A DNA stretch of 64,000 bases from Fimicolochytrium jonesii (Eukaryota): NCBI RefSeq assembly GCF_025526975.1, contig NW_026515684.1, positions 248,001 through 312,000 on the forward strand, in the 5' to 3' direction. The notes below the pieces were generated by a model. It worked only from the letters and a program-made list of their open reading frames with translations, did no database searches and was not told the origin of the DNA. Each line of letters opens with the position of its first letter. Positions within the stretch are counted from its first letter, which is position 1. Positions 38,699 through 53,802 of this stretch are shown here, in pieces. The position numbers and the translations under genes are program-made.

Positions 38699-41045
38699 AT
38701 GTCAACCTCAAAACCTCAACCTCAGGACGGGAAGCAAGTGTCGCCTCTCATCAGACCCAGAAGCAGGACTCGGAGCCCCCAAGCCCTTAAGCGCCGTCGC
38801 CCCCCCAATCTCGTCGAGGTTGAGGACACGCAGTCTGTCAACTCTTCACAGTCCTTCAACTTAGTCCCCGCTGAAGGGCAATGGACTTTTCACAGATACC
38901 CAAAATTCGGCGTCAGCTCCGCCAAATGAGGAGCAGGCTATCTGCATTCTCCGAGACGGGAGAACAGTATCAGCCGCTCAACAAGGGCACGACAAGCTCC
39001 ACCGCCGGTCAGGGTTGCGTCAACCGAACAACAGGTGCCAACTCACCAACGCCAAATTTCCTGGACTTGTGTCGACCTCCTGGGAAGGTGACGCAAAAGT
39101 ACGGCAAGTCCAAAAACCGACAACGCCAGGTTCTTGCGCCGAAATCGCCGTCACTCCTAGCCTCATATGTCCAGGGGGATATGATGAACCTCGCGTCGCC
39201 TATCCGTCGACAAACACTTGGCTTTCAGGAGTATTTCCGGGAAGTCGCTAGGAATGTTTGGGGGTCCCATCACGCGAAGGAGGTGTCTGCTACGTATCGG
39301 GATGATGAAAACAGTCAGCATATTCTTAAACCGGAGAGAGTCTCTAGTTTGGCCGAGCTCTCCGCATTTGCCCTCGCGAGAAATCTCCCGTTGGCGACTA
39401 CGGATAATGAGGAGGATTTGGGGTTGGAGGAAGAGTGGTATGAGGCTGTTCCGCCACATCACAGGAGGTAAGACTGTGTCACATGCCCACATGACAGACG
39501 CTCGGATGGCTGATCAAACCGGCAGAGCTGTGTTATGGGCGCATATCATCGAATTATGCAAAGCTTTCATCCCCAGTGCGAAGGTCCTAGTACCCGTCGT
39601 CGATGCCTGCATCAACGCGCAAGCTCCCCAGCAGGTATGTGTGACATCAAACACCGCCCAGAAACAGAACGCGCCTAACGAGTCTCAGTTCCTGCGTTAG
39701 GCTTGGGAGCTCCTTGTCTATTTCTGGTCTCTCCCAGGTGGCCGGACGCTGCACGACATGGCATGGTCTTTCTCCGTCGCCAGTCGCCTGACCAAATCCA
39801 CGGAATGGGTTCACACGGTTGGACGTCAACTTCGAACCTCCGAGTGTCATCTGATCGAGGATGTCCTTGTGCGAAAGTACCTGGACGGGTGTCAATCAGA
39901 ACTGTTGATTGTACACGGCCTGCGAACTCTCCTCAACATGGACAACCAGAACATGACGACTTCGCAGACACGCATCAATCCCTGGATCCGGAAACTGCTG
40001 CGTCATTCATGCGTGTCATGTTCCCAGCTGTACGATTGTCTCTGCACGGCTACGATTCTGGAAATCTGTGCGCGGATCGACAGTATGCCGTCGGAACTGT
40101 CACCAACGTATAGACTAGCGTTGCTATGCCGAGGCACTGAGCTGGTGGATATGATCACACCGTCGGCGTTGCTAAATGAGCCACCGGAATGGGTCGGCCA
40201 TCTCCGGGACCATAACCACCTCCACGATCTTGACGAAATGGTCGCGTTCTACCCGACATTCCAAGCGATGGGCAACGTGCGGCAAGCTTTATTGGCGATC
40301 GATGCGATTCCGCTGGCGAGGAAGATAAACCTTCTGATGCTGAATCATTATGATACGTTGGCGAAAGGGGCGGGACATGTGCCGCTAATTGAGGAGTTGA
40401 AAGCTCAGCTGGAAGTGCAGGCGACGCCGAGGCCGGATAAGACTTCTAGATGGTAAGTCGTCTCATCTCTCAGAGGCTGGCAGCACTCACTAACGCCTTA
40501 TGTATAGGAGGTACGAGCCCTTACTCCAAACATGGATAGCCAGCACGCCCTTGCCCAACGGAACGAACACACAAAAACCCTCCACTCTCCCACACCCATC
40601 CCCAATATACGCTCGAACCCGCTCATTCATTCACAAAACATCAGCACAGCACACGCCCCCACGCCAATTCCACTTCCTCGACAAGAAAAACCGACCCAGA
40701 GTACGCACTTTACCCCCGACACATAACACTGCGTTTTTCAACCCATCATCCAAACGCGCTGCTGAGGCACTGTGGGAACCAGACACACCCGTCTCCCGCC
40801 CAGCCAAACGATCCCATATCGATCCGGCGTGTACACCACCTGCACCTGTTCTAAGGAGGCATATGTCGGATCCGGGCGGCGGGCGGGGGAGGAGGACTGT
40901 GGTTGTAAAGGCCGGGGATATGACGGCTGGGGATCTGCAGTATATGGCTTCTGAGTCGTTGGGGGATACTGACAACGCGCCGCTGGAGATGAGGGTTGTG
41001 GAGCCGTTGCCGATGACGATGGAGGAGGATGATCTTGCGTTTTGA
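38699..41045 (+). CDS. Hypothetical protein
   Basis: Consecutive ORFs 38881-39471, 39758-40456 and 40500-41045 with GT-AG junctions. No family recognised. Confidence 0.55.
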
Positions 41046-41496
41046 TGGATGGTTGGTGGGATGACTATCCGGTGGGGAGCACGTGGATATGTAGGGGTAC
41101 TTTATGGATGTATTATTGAGGAATATATGGCAGCGTATTTCTTTTTTGGCATTTGATTGCGCATAATCTGTGGACATGGTAGTCTCAGCCTCCTTCCACA
41201 CACAGCCCTTCTGCGACAGGCCAGAAAAGACTCGAGCGGCCATCTCGGACACCAGTGAAAATTATGTCAAACTTGCTAAATACGATGGTAATATGTACAA
41301 AAGGGCCAATGCCCGAAAACCGCCCAACGTCCTGCAGATCAATGTCAAGTTGTTCCAGGTTCCCTATCCATGCGCTGTGGCAGCAGCGACATGCTGCGTT
41401 GATGACATGTTAAACCCTCCCCCAGAGAATCGTGCTCTGCAACAAGAAGAGACAAATCAGATCAAACCCCATTTGATCACATCTCCAAACCATCCC

Positions 41497-44400
41497 TTAC
41501 TTGGCAGGATTCTCCACACCCCTCCCCCTCCTCAACTCCGGCGGATGATGCGCTCCCGGCACAGCCGCATATTCTTTCCCATTATTAACCCCCCGCTTCC
41601 GCCGGCTCTCGTAGTACTTCTTCTTGAGTTCCTGCAGCTCCCGGTTGACGCGCTCAATCTCGTATTTGTATTCGTTGACTTGGGAGTGGTACATGTTGAG
41701 TTCTGATGCTAGGGCCTGTGTGAGGGGTGTAAGTCTTGGGTTAGCACCAACGTCTCTTTGACGGGTCAGGGGTGCATCGTCTGGAATGATATCTCACCTT
41801 GCACTCCTTAACCTTACTCCTCACAGCCTCCCTGACAACCCTCAACTCCTCCATCACCTCGGGCCCGGGCTGCCGCTGCAACACATCCTTCACCTCCTTG
41901 TACAGTTTCTCTTTCTGGTTGATGATAAGTTCCTTTTCGACCACCTGGCCCGTTTTGGCGATCAGACGTCTTTGAAGCGTTTGGATCTTGATGATCAGTT
42001 CGAAGGTGGAGGGGTCGCTGCCGCTGAGCTTGCGCCAGCGGTGGATGTTGAGGGGGGAGGATAGTTCGCCTGAGTGGGAGTATGGAATGGTGAGACGACT
42101 GCCGAGGGATTATATTGAAGACGTGATCAGCAACCTACCTTCCAGCAGCTTAACCCTGGTCCTCTCCCTCAACACCTCCCTCTGCAGCCTAAAAATATCC
42201 GCTCTAAGCCCCTCCACATTCTGCGTCTCCGTCTGCAAGATCGCCTTCTCCCTCCTCAATTTCTTGATCTCCAATTTACAAACCCGGATATCCTCCACGC
42301 GCTCGCGGTACTGCAGCTCGCCCTTGTGCAGGGTGGAGGTTTGGATCTTTATTTTTTCGTAGAGGAGGGAGAGCTCGTCGTTGCGGCGGATGAGTTGGGT
42401 GCCGAGGATGTCGCGCTCTTGGACGAGGGTGTCGTATTCTTTTTTTTGGCGGAGGCGCTCGGAGTCGGCTTGAGTTATTATGTGGCGGAGTTTGTTTTCT
42501 TCGGATTGCTGGGAGGGGGGTTGAGATATGTCAGAGTCGTCATGAGATAGATTGGGATGGACACCTTTTTGGCGGATACGAACCTGGTTCTGGATCAGCT
42601 GTTGAGCTTCCTCGTACTGCTGTTGGAGCTTGCCGATCTGCACGGAGAGGGATTCTTTCTCTTTCTCGAGCTTGGAATGCTCGAAGTGCTCCTTCACCAG
42701 TGCTATTCACATATCCATGTAGTTGATGAGCAAGAGAACTGCGTTTGGAGCGAGTTGAGAAGATGGGAGAAAATACGAACCTCCCTCCTTGCTCGCAATT
42801 TCCTCCTTCAGCTGCTCAATCTGATGTCCCATAATCTTCACCTTCCGCTTCATCTCCGTAATTTCATCCTGCGCCTCGACCAAGTTCTTCGAATACAGAT
42901 TCCTATCCGCGCGGACATTCTCATACAACGACTGCTGCTCCTTCAACTTCTTCTCCAGCTCTCCAATCTTCTTCCTCGAATCAAACAGCATCATCTCCCC
43001 AATCTTGACCTCCTCCTCCTTGCCCACCAACTCCAACCGGATCCGTCCGGCCTCATTGATGTGCCGATCGCGGTCTTTTTCGAGGGAGTAGATGAGTTTA
43101 CGCATCTTGGTCGCTTCGTCCTTGTAGCCCATGATTTCTTGCTCGAGGTTGCGCTTTGTTTGCTCGGCGAGTTTGACGACGGTGATTTGCTTTTGGGTTG
43201 TGCCGGTTGCTTTGACGAAGTTCTTTTGGGCGATGTCCCGCTCGCGGGTGAGGGAGTCGACTTGTTTGTGGCTGATGTCGAGGTTGCGGCGGGCGGCTTC
43301 GAGGTTTTGAGAGAGGGAGTGGTTTCCGCCCTATTGAGATGCCATGGCAATGTTGCATATAAGTCAGCAGATGGCCCATACCGGTCGTCATCTGTTAAGC
43401 TCCGCATCCACATACCTTTAACTGATCCCTTTCCAGCTCAGCCTCCAGCTTCGCATCCTCCAACGCCTTAATCCGCTTCTGCAACGTATCCCTCACCCTC
43501 GTCACACCCCTATACTCCTCCTTATATTTCGCCAACTCCTCTTCCCACCCTTTGATCTCCCCCGTCTGCTGCTGATTCTCACTCAACAGCCTCGTAGTCG
43601 TAAGCACCTGTTCATCATACTCCTGCTGCAACCTCGCCAGCCGGGCATTCACATTCTCCTTCTCCTTCTCCACCCGCTCCACTTTCGCCCGCTCCTCCTT
43701 GCATCCAACCTCCAGTTTCCCAATCTGCTCCCGTAGCAATTTGATATCCTGCAATCGCGCGGCGACGTCGTCGTCTTTTTGGAGGCTGATCTCGTTCGCT
43801 TGTCGGAGGGAGGTTTCGAGTTTCTCACGGGCGCGCGATTCGCGGTCTAGTTCGGACTTTTTGGTCGCGAGCAGGTCTTTGATGGTGAGGAGCTCGTCGG
43901 TGAGTGTTCCGCGCTCGGTGACGAGGCGCTCAACTTTGCTTTGAAACTCGTCGTTTTCGGCGGTGACGCGGGTGAGGTCGGCGGTGATTTCGTCGACTTG
44001 CTTAAGCAGAGTATCTCGTTGCTATGAGATGGAGTGGGAGATGAGGAGGCTGTCGTCTCCATGACAAGTCCCAGACAAGCCATCAGATGCATTGAGATTC
44101 GTACCTCGGCCAGCTTGCTAATCTGATCCTCCTGATCCAACTGAATCTCAATCAACTTATCCCTCCCGATCCCCGCCATCGCATTCGCCCCCGTCGAGTA
44201 CGTCGTCCCCCCATCCTGCTCCGACAGCTCCTTCCGCACCGTCTCCACCTCCGCCTTCAAGCTATTAATCAGCTCTTTAGCCCTATTCTCCTTCTCCGTC
44301 GACAACTCCACCATCTTCCACGCCTTCCGAACCTCCTTCTTCAACGCGATGATCTGGCTCCGGTCGTTCTGGCTGAGCCGGAGCGCGGCCTGCACCTTGG

Positions 44401-45013
44401 CGGCGTTGGCGGAGAGTTCCGAGGCGATGTCTTTGCATTTCTGCACGAGCGAGGTTTCGTTCTTGCGGGATTGGACGAACAGTTTGTGCAGCTTGTCGTA
44501 TTCCGTGCGGAGGCGGACAAAGTTTGGGTCTGCGCCGCTTTGGCCTGGTGCAGACGCCTGGGAGGAGATGAACTCGAGCGTGCTTTGGATGTCCTCCAGA
44601 TTGCTTGCGTCAGCCGAGGGTTGGAACAACGACGGCTTTGCCGAGTCGCCTGGGAGCGTTGTGCTCTCGGCGTCCTCCTCGTCTGCCTCGCTGATATCCG
44701 AGCTGCGTGACTTGCGCCCTTTCTCGGGCGGCGTCGCCACGGCCTCTTTTGCGGAATCGACAATGGAACCGAGGATGGACGTTGCCGTCTCTACGTTCTC
44801 CTCCACTTCCTCCTCTTCCTCCTCGACGTCGTCTCCAGGTTCTCCTGCCGTCTCCCTAGCACCGTCGTCAGACCCATCGCTTTCCCCGCCGTGGCGCCTA
44901 GGCGCATCTACTCCGGCAGAGTCGTCGCTGCCAACTTCCTGGATGTTAATGGTGGCGTCTACGGGCTCATTCGGCGGAGAGTGCCCTGCTTCGGTAGAGC
45001 CGAAAGGATCCAT
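41497..45013 (-). CDS. CFAP58: Cilia- and flagella-associated coiled-coil protein 58
   Basis: YDKLHKLF, LKKEVRKAWKMV, LYENVRADRNLYSKNL, ERDILGTQLIRRNDELSLLYEKIKIQ, NIHRWRKLSGSDP and QVNEYKYEIER. Confidence 0.9.
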
Positions 45014-45477
45014 ATTGGGCTAGTTTCAATGCACAGATATGTAAGTCAGCAAGCCTCCACCCGCCGATTGACCGCAATGTAGGGGAAGGACAATCTGCCA
45101 AATGTCCACGATTGACAGTGTCGGCGGGGGTTACGTAAGTGGCAATTGCATCAGAACTGGAGAACACGCTGCGTCGTGTCTTCTTCTCCCGATGCTCGCC
45201 CAAACACAAAACCTAAGCCAGTCCTGAGGTGTCAGCCGTTGTTCATTTGTTGTGATGAGGTTAATGTAAAAGAAAAAAGGGAAACAGGGATACCCAGCCC
45301 TACGAAAATGGTCTACAGGGCAGATACGACAGGGCTGGGAAACGAAATCAATACACGTGGGGCCGCGGGGGATTTTAATGAAAAATCCCATATGTTACAT
45401 GACACACAAGGTGGGGAGACCCATATATGCACACGCACAAGAGATACACAACCTTGCTCCAATTCTTCTTGCTTGGT

Positions 45478-47140
45478 CTATACGACTTTTGCGGAGCTTG
45501 AGTTTACTTCGTTGGGGGTGCCATCCTCGGCTTCGCCGTCGTCGGCTACGCCGTCTGGGATCTCTCCATCGACTCCGTCTACTTTGACGCCGTCTACTTT
45601 GACGCCGTCTTCTTTGGCGCTGGGCCCGGAGGCGGCGGCTGCTACTGCGGCTAGGGCAGCTGCTTCGATTGCTTTGCTTGTCCGGCGGCGCTCGCCTCGG
45701 ACGGGGAGGCGGATGCCTTGTTGGGCGAAACACCTGGTGAGGGGAGTTGATTCTGGGAGGGGAGTTGGAGTAAGGTTGAGTGAGCAGTTCTGGGAATGTA
45801 ACCAGCTGGTTGATCTTACCTAACATTCCCGGGAACTCCTTGGCAGTGTAAACAATGAATGGATCTGAAAGAATATCGGTGATGACAGTCGTAACGTCCG
45901 TCGATATTAAGTGCTTGGAATGGTGATTGGCTTCCGAACTACTCGGCATTGATCTGGAAGAAGAGGATATGATTAAACTGGTGTTGTTGACAGCGTCAAT
46001 AATGAGCAGAGTCCACGAACATACCCAGCTATGCTGCACAGTTTAAACAACAGTGTAAACGTGCCCTCTACGCGTACACTCAGATCCCCAAACATGAAGT
46101 AAACCCCTTGCCGGCCCTGTATGTTTGTCAAGCTATACGCGCTCGAGACGAGGCAGCCTGTCAGTGCATTCATGTAGGTGCTCGAAGTCTTCCCACGGGG
46201 CGTCTCGATGATCATCGTGGGCGAATCTCCAGCCGTGTTGTACAGGGATGCGTGCAGAATTAGGAGTGGTGGGTCCGTCACGCTCTGCTCGATGATACGG
46301 TTTGAAGGCAGGTGCCGGGCTATGAGCTGCACAATAGGTGGGGGATCAACTGCAGGTGGGATGATACATTAGGACTAGAGAACCGGCATGGCTTTGATCA
46401 AGGAAACCCACCTAATCGTCGATCTCGGCCGCCGAAACCGCACATTCTCGCTCGCAAGGGCTGCTGCACGACCACCAACTCGTATCTGATTGATGGAACT
46501 ACGGATTAGTCGAGCGAAATGGGGAAAGCAAGAAGATTCCCAAGTCCAACCTGATGTCCGATCTTTGGTTGCTCAACGCCCTTGCGTTCGGCAAGGGTCG
46601 CGGGAGTGCGGGGCCCAGTCCATCCTCCCGGCCTTGCGGTCCTCCTACCTGCGTATGGGGTGGTCCATGTGGAGGGTGTCCTGCATGTGGGCCTAAAAAA
46701 GCGGCACGAGTAAAGATGTGAAGAAGAGTGAGATTGAGCATTCCAACAGAGCGATTATAGGTGGAAATAAACAAATATCTGGGATGTAGCTTACCAGCGT
46801 GTTGATGCAGGTATGAAGGATTAGGAGGATATTGCGGTTGCTGATGCTACCAAACGGAAGAGCTTTTCAGCACTACAATATGAAATGGGCTCATTCGACG
46901 GGCACAGACGAGTCTCACCTGTTGGACAAGGTAGGATGTGACAGGATTTTGACTAGGAGGTAGACCGTCGACGCCGTCCGGCGTTCCCGAGGATTGATTA
47001 TTGTACGCAGCTGACGGATGTAGTGCCGAACCTGGTGGCTGAGGCCGACGGAAAGGGACAAAGCCCCTTTGACGGTGGGTTGGACGCTCAGAGTCGTGCA
47101 CTTCTTTCGCTTCATGCACCTTGTGCGAGTTATCGGTCAT
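45478..47140 (-). CDS. Velvet-domain transcription factor; start approximate
   Basis: VVQQPLRARMCGFGGRDRR, YFMFGDLSVRVEGTFTLLFKL and SDPFIVYTAKEFPGML|ESTPLTRCFAQQGIRLP. Confidence 0.9.
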
Positions 47141-49743
47141 ATCAGCGAGACTCTAGGCATGGGCGCGCAAGACGGCGCTGGGTGTGGTTCACAATGACGG
47201 AGGACGGGACACCTGGAGGAGTGGGAAGTGCAGAATAAGATGCGTCAATAAGAGAGGTCATTGTCAATGACATCCTGCTTGGCGGCTGGGGAGGGGGGGT
47301 GAAGGCGAGAGACCAGCCAGCGCAGCCTCCTCTCATGACGAACCTGTTCTGGGCAGGGAGGAGGACACGAGCCCTTTGGGGGGATATGAGGAGTTTGTCT
47401 CGCGTTCTCGGGCAGAGCGACCGGCGACCGGAACCACACAGAGCCAAGGATATGGGTCGTGGAAAGTGCAGCGGACGGAAGGCGAGCGGTTTCCGTAACT
47501 CGCTTCCAGATATAGATAGACACACACCACTGGTACGTACGACGGCGCGTGGGCGTGGGGTTGGGCAGTGGAGGATGCTGGTGGGACTTTTGGTGGGTGG
47601 GTGGGTTGGTGGTGGTCTCGAAGCAGAACTTGAGCACTATGTGCTGTGCTGAATATGGTGGCTAGCCCGTAGTAGACTTCTTCCTGCCCACCTGCGCAAG
47701 GAAGGACGGAGGAGGACGTCAACAAGGAGGCAGAGGGATACCAGCAGCAGCAGCCCTGTTTCCGCTGGTGGTCACCGGTGTCGTAGGAGAAAGAAGGGAA
47801 GAGAAAATGTCTGGGCAAGCGTTCCTTTGGTAACAGTGGGCCAGGGGCTGGTATTGCGTACGCGACCCATGGGCACCTGGAACCCCAGCCCTCGCCCATG
47901 CGGTCGGCCCGCCAATATGAATATATAAGTTATACGAGCTCTTACCATACGACCGTTGCGAGGGTAACTTGGTATCAACACGAGGCTTTTTGGCCTGCTG
48001 CCGGCGGTAAATTTCTTGGGAGTGTTTATATTTAACTCTTTCTGAAATGAAGACATGGCCTGGGCTGCTCTCTCGGTATCGCCAAAACAGCGTAGCATTT
48101 CACGGTTGTTACTGCTTTTGAGAACTTGCTAACCTGCAAAACCCGGTGCTGAGTACGCTGAGTTACAAAGAAATAAACCTCATCTCCTCTCACAGCGGAG
48201 CCCTCCTCGTCCTCGTCTCCTCGTCTTGAAGGGTGACGGATACCGATGAGAGCACCCCCTTTTTGCAAGGCGGGGGACTTGGAAGTTCCTGCATGTGCAC
48301 ATGCAAGCCATCCCGCTCTCCGACGAGAATCTCCCGCTCACCGACTCGTATAGTTCATATGCAGGGGACACGAGTTGAAGAAGGGGAGGGAGGCAAAGCG
48401 AGAGGCTCCGGAGCTAATACCGCGAATCTCGGTTTCCGGGTTCGTGCGACATGGACCCAAGCTGCCCCAGTCCACGGCTGGACGCGAACTGGGTTTGTGG
48501 CTCGATTGGAATCGCGTCGGAGTTTATCCTCATCATTGGTAAAACGTGAACCCACCTGAACCCACATGAACCCAGCATAGTGCGGGCCGTCTCCCATCCG
48601 GAATTGGAGCAGCTTTGGAGGGACGCTCTGATGACTCGGAATGTGGGCTGGGCGTGCGACCGTGGGAGATGCTTTTGATGTTGATGTATCATGTCATGCA
48701 GAATGGACTGGACACCTTGCCAACAACGGAAACTGTCATCGTAACTGTCTCCCTCCGCCGTTGCACACATGCAGCGAGACCTATTAATGTCCATAGACTA
48801 ACGAGTTTCGGTTATGAATTACTGCTTTTTGGTCAGTGCACATTGCAAGCGGCACGCATGGCTTTCCCATGTGGGTGTAGAAACCTGCTCCAGAAATTGA
48901 GGTTTCCGTTCGAAGGCCATGGTCGTCGTTCAGAATCATGTCCCACCGATGTGTTTGCTGCCTTGTCATTATCCCAGGCTCCGAAGTGTCCGATGGTCTC
49001 CCGGCCTGTTATCCCTGATCCGGATTCTTCATTTCATTTCTGATTCTTCCCTCCACTGACGTTCAGTCATGCGCTCGGACGTTGGCTGTCACTCGCCAGG
49101 ACGGTCGTCTAATTGAATTCTTTTGCGTCACGTGACACCTGCCCGAGCGGCCGTTGGGCGGTCATTCTCGAGGACTTCCAAGTGTCATTTTCGTCGTCGT
49201 GGAAGCTTAACGCTTCATTTTGTTAAGCTTCATTTCCTTCCATTGCCTCGTCAGCAATCTGTGTGTATTTATATCCTGGCCGTCAGCGCCTCCCTGTGCC
49301 TGCCACCCACCATAGCCTCCGGACCCAGCGTCCTCATCGTTTTCTTCTCTTCGACCAACTTCCATCTCATCTCATCTCGGCATCGCTTAGAGACTACTGG
49401 AGTTGTTCGCACCAGAACCGAACTTCTAAAATATCTAACACATATTCGCTCACCATACCGCACATAGAGACTCTTGAGAAGTCCTCAAAAAATTCCCGGT
49501 GCCGTAGGGCGAGAAATTTTACAAGCGAAAACAGCAGATTGGATTGTCACGCCAGAAAAGTTTGAACACCGCGACGTCGCTGCGTATATCCCAATTCGGC
49601 CTGTCAGGTTCTGTCGTGCGACGCAAGTCTCTGGAGACAGGGCACGTCATTACTCTCGTACTATATAAGGATCAATTTCAGACCACTCCTCCGACCATCA
49701 ACGAACGAGACTCTATCCAAACTCGACTCTCTACCAGATGATA

Positions 49744-52700
49744 ATGTCCGCACCCGCAAACAAAGAGCGGGAAGAAAAGCTCCGCCTGGCAAAGGCGAAG
49801 GTGTGTATGATGCATGGCTGGGGGATCTGATCAGCAGTAGCATGGTCGAGGCCACTGCTGCCGTGCATTCGTTCGATAAATGGCTGATCAATTCCCATGC
49901 CATTTCAATCATTAGTTCTCCGCCATACGTCAGGGGTCAGGAGCGACAGCTACACCGCCTAACGGTATCAATCAGTTAGCTCCGGCCGCGCCTGCGTCGA
50001 AGACCGGCGTTGAGGACATTTTCACCTCCTTGAATGAGCATCGGCATACTCCAGACCTCGATGCCATGTACTCTACGGCCGCACTAATGGTACCCTCGCA
50101 AAACGAAGTTGATTACGTCCGGAACGACTCGAACGATAACCCGCCGCCACCACCACCTCCTGCGGCTTTGCCACCTCAGGCATACAAAGGTGCGCCGGCG
50201 AGAAAGCTAGTTCCCACTGTGGCTGAGATCAAACCGGAGGAGACCGACTTCTCTCCTGTTACGTTCACCGCCCCTGCTTCCTTTCCAGTTGAGACGACGT
50301 TCACCCCCTTCGTTGGAGAAACTACTACTATCGGAAACGATGTGCACAACTCAGATGGCTTTGATAACGTTGAGATCTCGGCTGCATCTACGCAAGACGC
50401 CGACGTTGTGTTCAGCGGCTTCGCCGGTGACACTCGGAGCCCGCATCCGACGTACACGTCTTACGCGAACGCAACTTACTCCCACCCAGACTCGTACGCA
50501 GCAGGAGCCTCTTACGCCGATTACGTTCAGCAGCCGCAGGAAACTCAATACAACACGCCGCAAGCCAACAATGGAACCTCCGCAGGTAGTCCAAACGGCT
50601 CGGTTAATATTCCGGGTGCAGCTTGGATTGGTGGATGGATGACAAAGTTTGTTGACAAGATTGCATCCGATTACCGGCCCGACCCGATTCCCGGCCAATC
50701 TCCGACCACGAGCCCGCGCCGCAACTCCATCGGGGAGTTCCTCAACAACGGTGCCGACAAGGGGTTCTCTCCAGCGCATACTCCTGCGCCCGCTAGCGCC
50801 AACGCAACGTACGGCAATGTATCCTACAGCGATCCCTTCAATGTTTCGGCCCCGCCGCCGACCAGTATCGGCAACTACAACAGCGCTGCGACGTACTCAA
50901 CATCTCCCGCTCAGAACACCGCCTACCCAACGTCTCCCGCTCACAGCAGCGTCGAAGAGGAACTTCGTGCAGCAAAGGCCGAGGCTGAACGCGAGCGCCA
51001 AGAACGCATTACTACCGAACAGAAAGTTGCGCAATTGACAGCTCAGATCGATGCTGCAGTTCAAAAAGTTACCGCTGAGCGCGATGCTCATGCCGCCAGA
51101 GTCTCCGAACTCCAGGAAGCGCTTGCTAAGTCGGAACAGGCCATGGCGGAGCTGCAGTCAGCCAACCTCTCAAACCACATCGATGCTGTGGACCGTCTTG
51201 GCGATTACGCGAGCCGCGAAGCTTCTGCGCGAGCACAGGAGGACGATATAACCGCGCGTACGGCTCAACTTGAGCAATGGAACATCGATCTGAACGCGCG
51301 CGAGCAGGAGTACGCGGTCGAAAGCCAACGTCTAGCTCAACAACTGGCCGAACTCGAACATGCACGTGCTGAACTTGAGCATCGTCGTCAGGAACAATAC
51401 AACAGTGAAGTCGCGGGTGCTGCGAAGATAAACAACTCGGAGGACCTTACTGCTGCTCTTGAGTTACAACGCCAACATCTTGAGTCCGAGCACGCGTACA
51501 AGCTCCAGGAAGTACAGGCCAAAGCAGACCAGATGGTCCACCAAGCACAGCTAGAAGGAACCCAAAACCTTCAGCAAGCCCAAATTGACTCCGAAAACCG
51601 GATCCATCAGGCCGAAGCTCAGCGCGATGACTTACAAGATCGCCTCACAGCCGCGTTGACGGCGCACGCCACTACCGCTGAGCAATTGAGTAACAAGAGC
51701 AAAGAATTGAACCAACTCAAGGAGGAGAATAAACGGTTGGCTGCCCTCGAGCGCGAGAACCAGGAACTAAGGACACGCATCGCGGAACTACAGGCGGCTG
51801 ACAACCGCGTCCACAATCTGGAAACGGAAGTTGACCAGCTCAAGAAGGTCGTTGAAGTTGATCACCTCGCCCAGAACACTCAAACGGAGCTCTTGGATGC
51901 TATCAAGACCCTAACAACGTAAGTCCTTCCATGCAGTGTTTCTCATGTTGAGATTCGTTAAACTCATCGTCGGATCTTCTGTTATAGATCGCACCAAGCC
52001 CTCGCGCAAAAGGTTGAAACGATCGGCACGCAAGTCCGCGCCTCCCGCTCCCCGTCTGTCGCTTCCATCTCGCGCAGACCATCCGTCTCTCCGGAAGCAA
52101 CTGGACCACGTTCAAGCGATCCCTTCTCGTCCGCGACTAACCCGGCCTATCAGATGCACCAACCGCACCCATACAATACGTACACCAGTCGATCGGTGGG
52201 TGACCTCTATAACCATCAGCCCCAGCAGCTTGAGCATCACCGGGGCAGCCCATTCCGCCAATCATATGTTCCCGACCACCAGCAAGCGGATTACTACGGC
52301 CACGGCCAACAAAGCGGTTTCAATCACCCTCTCTCGCCTCGTAAGCCGTCCAATGCCTCGAGTGTAAGGTCGTACTATGAACAGCCGGGTCAACATGTGG
52401 ACTACCGAGGATACCAGCCTGGGTACCTCTCCGCGAGAAACGGTGCCCATACGCCCTCTCACCGCCCCCCGGCTGGGCCCGACCGTGTTGCCTCGCGTGC
52501 CGGATCTATCTACAGTGTTCAGTACAATGCCGCAGGGTATACTGGTCATCACCCCAATGCCGGCCTCCCTCCACCCATGTCACGTAGGATGTCTAATGCA
52601 AGCATGAGGAGCGACGCCCAGCATCACCATTCGGGCCAAGTTGGTGGTGGCGTATCGACGGTCGTTGACGAAGCGAAAATAGATGAGTCGAGCGGTAGGA

Positions 52701-53290
52701 TCGCGGCTCTTAGGGCGAAGTTGAAGGCTAAGGCGGGAACCAGTGGCAGTGCGGAGAACGTAGCTGTCGCAGACAACCAGACGCAGGTCCAGTTGCAGCA
52801 ACCACCCGCCCCCGTAGTTCAAGCCCAATCGTCGGCTCTCCCACAACAGCAACTGAAAACGCAACCGTCGGCGTCGCAGCTGTACTCGCGTCCTCCCAGC
52901 GTGCAGCACCACATTCAACAGCAGCAGAGCGCGTCGTCTCTCTTCCCGCCGCCGCCGCCTACACAGGGTTTCGCGCCCTCCCAAACCCCCCACCCATTGC
53001 GGGCTCAACCCTCGAACTCGCGTCTCTTTGCTGTGCCCAACGCTGCAAACGAACAGGCCCCACCGCCAACTCAACCCCTCATGCGCACTCAGCAGTCGGC
53101 GGCCCAGCTCCTCACCCCACCTCCCCCACCCACAGTTCAACAGAACCCGTACATACACACCCAGCAACAGTCGGTGCACCCGCAACAACAATCGACCCTC
53201 CCCTCTGCAAGCGAGCTCTTCGCCCCGGCAAGCCAATTATTCGGGCAGCCACAGAAGCCGCTCGTAGGGGACCCCTTCGGTGCGCGCTGA
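49744..53290 (+). CDS. Hypothetical protein: disordered N-terminus, long coiled coil, P/Q-rich C-terminus
   Basis: ORFs 50030-51922 and 52154-53290 joined by an intron at ~51920-51988. Heptad-rich region 50950-51910. Confidence 0.7.
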
Positions 53291-53802
53291 AGGGATCATA
53301 TAGCATTCAACGTAGTAGGTGGAGAAAACTCAACATATCGAGAAAGGAGGAAGTAACATGACGAGAAGGGGAAAAGAGGGGGGGATTCTATGGACTGCGG
53401 TCTGTTTCCCCTTACTGTGACACTCATGTCTGTAACACATACACACACATCATCGGATCGGAGGGGGTAAGGGATTGTGGGGGAGGTGCTGGGTCGCTTT
53501 TTACCTTTCCCCCGAACATCCTGGCATATACCGCGGGTTCTTAAATTTAGCGTAGTAGTCTTGGTAGGCTTTTCTTGGGTAGCTGGGGGTTTGGTGAAAT
53601 AAAGATTATGAACGAAATGTGGAGCTTGGCGTGGTATCTCTTTTGCAGTGCATGTGAAGGCCCAAGTTCCAGACAGAGAGAGACCCGACAGAAACGCGTG
53701 AGCTCACATACGCGTCGAGTTCCCGACATGATCTCGCTCACAGCTTTTCGACCCTGGAAGCACAACACGGCCCACCCCAACAACCCCTTATCCCGGACAA
53801 CC

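Noticed and set aside
47140..49740. Long gene-free interval with many short ORFs
   Set aside because: No motifs or repeats were found; it is consistent with divergent promoter/5' UTR sequence for the velvet and coiled-coil genes.
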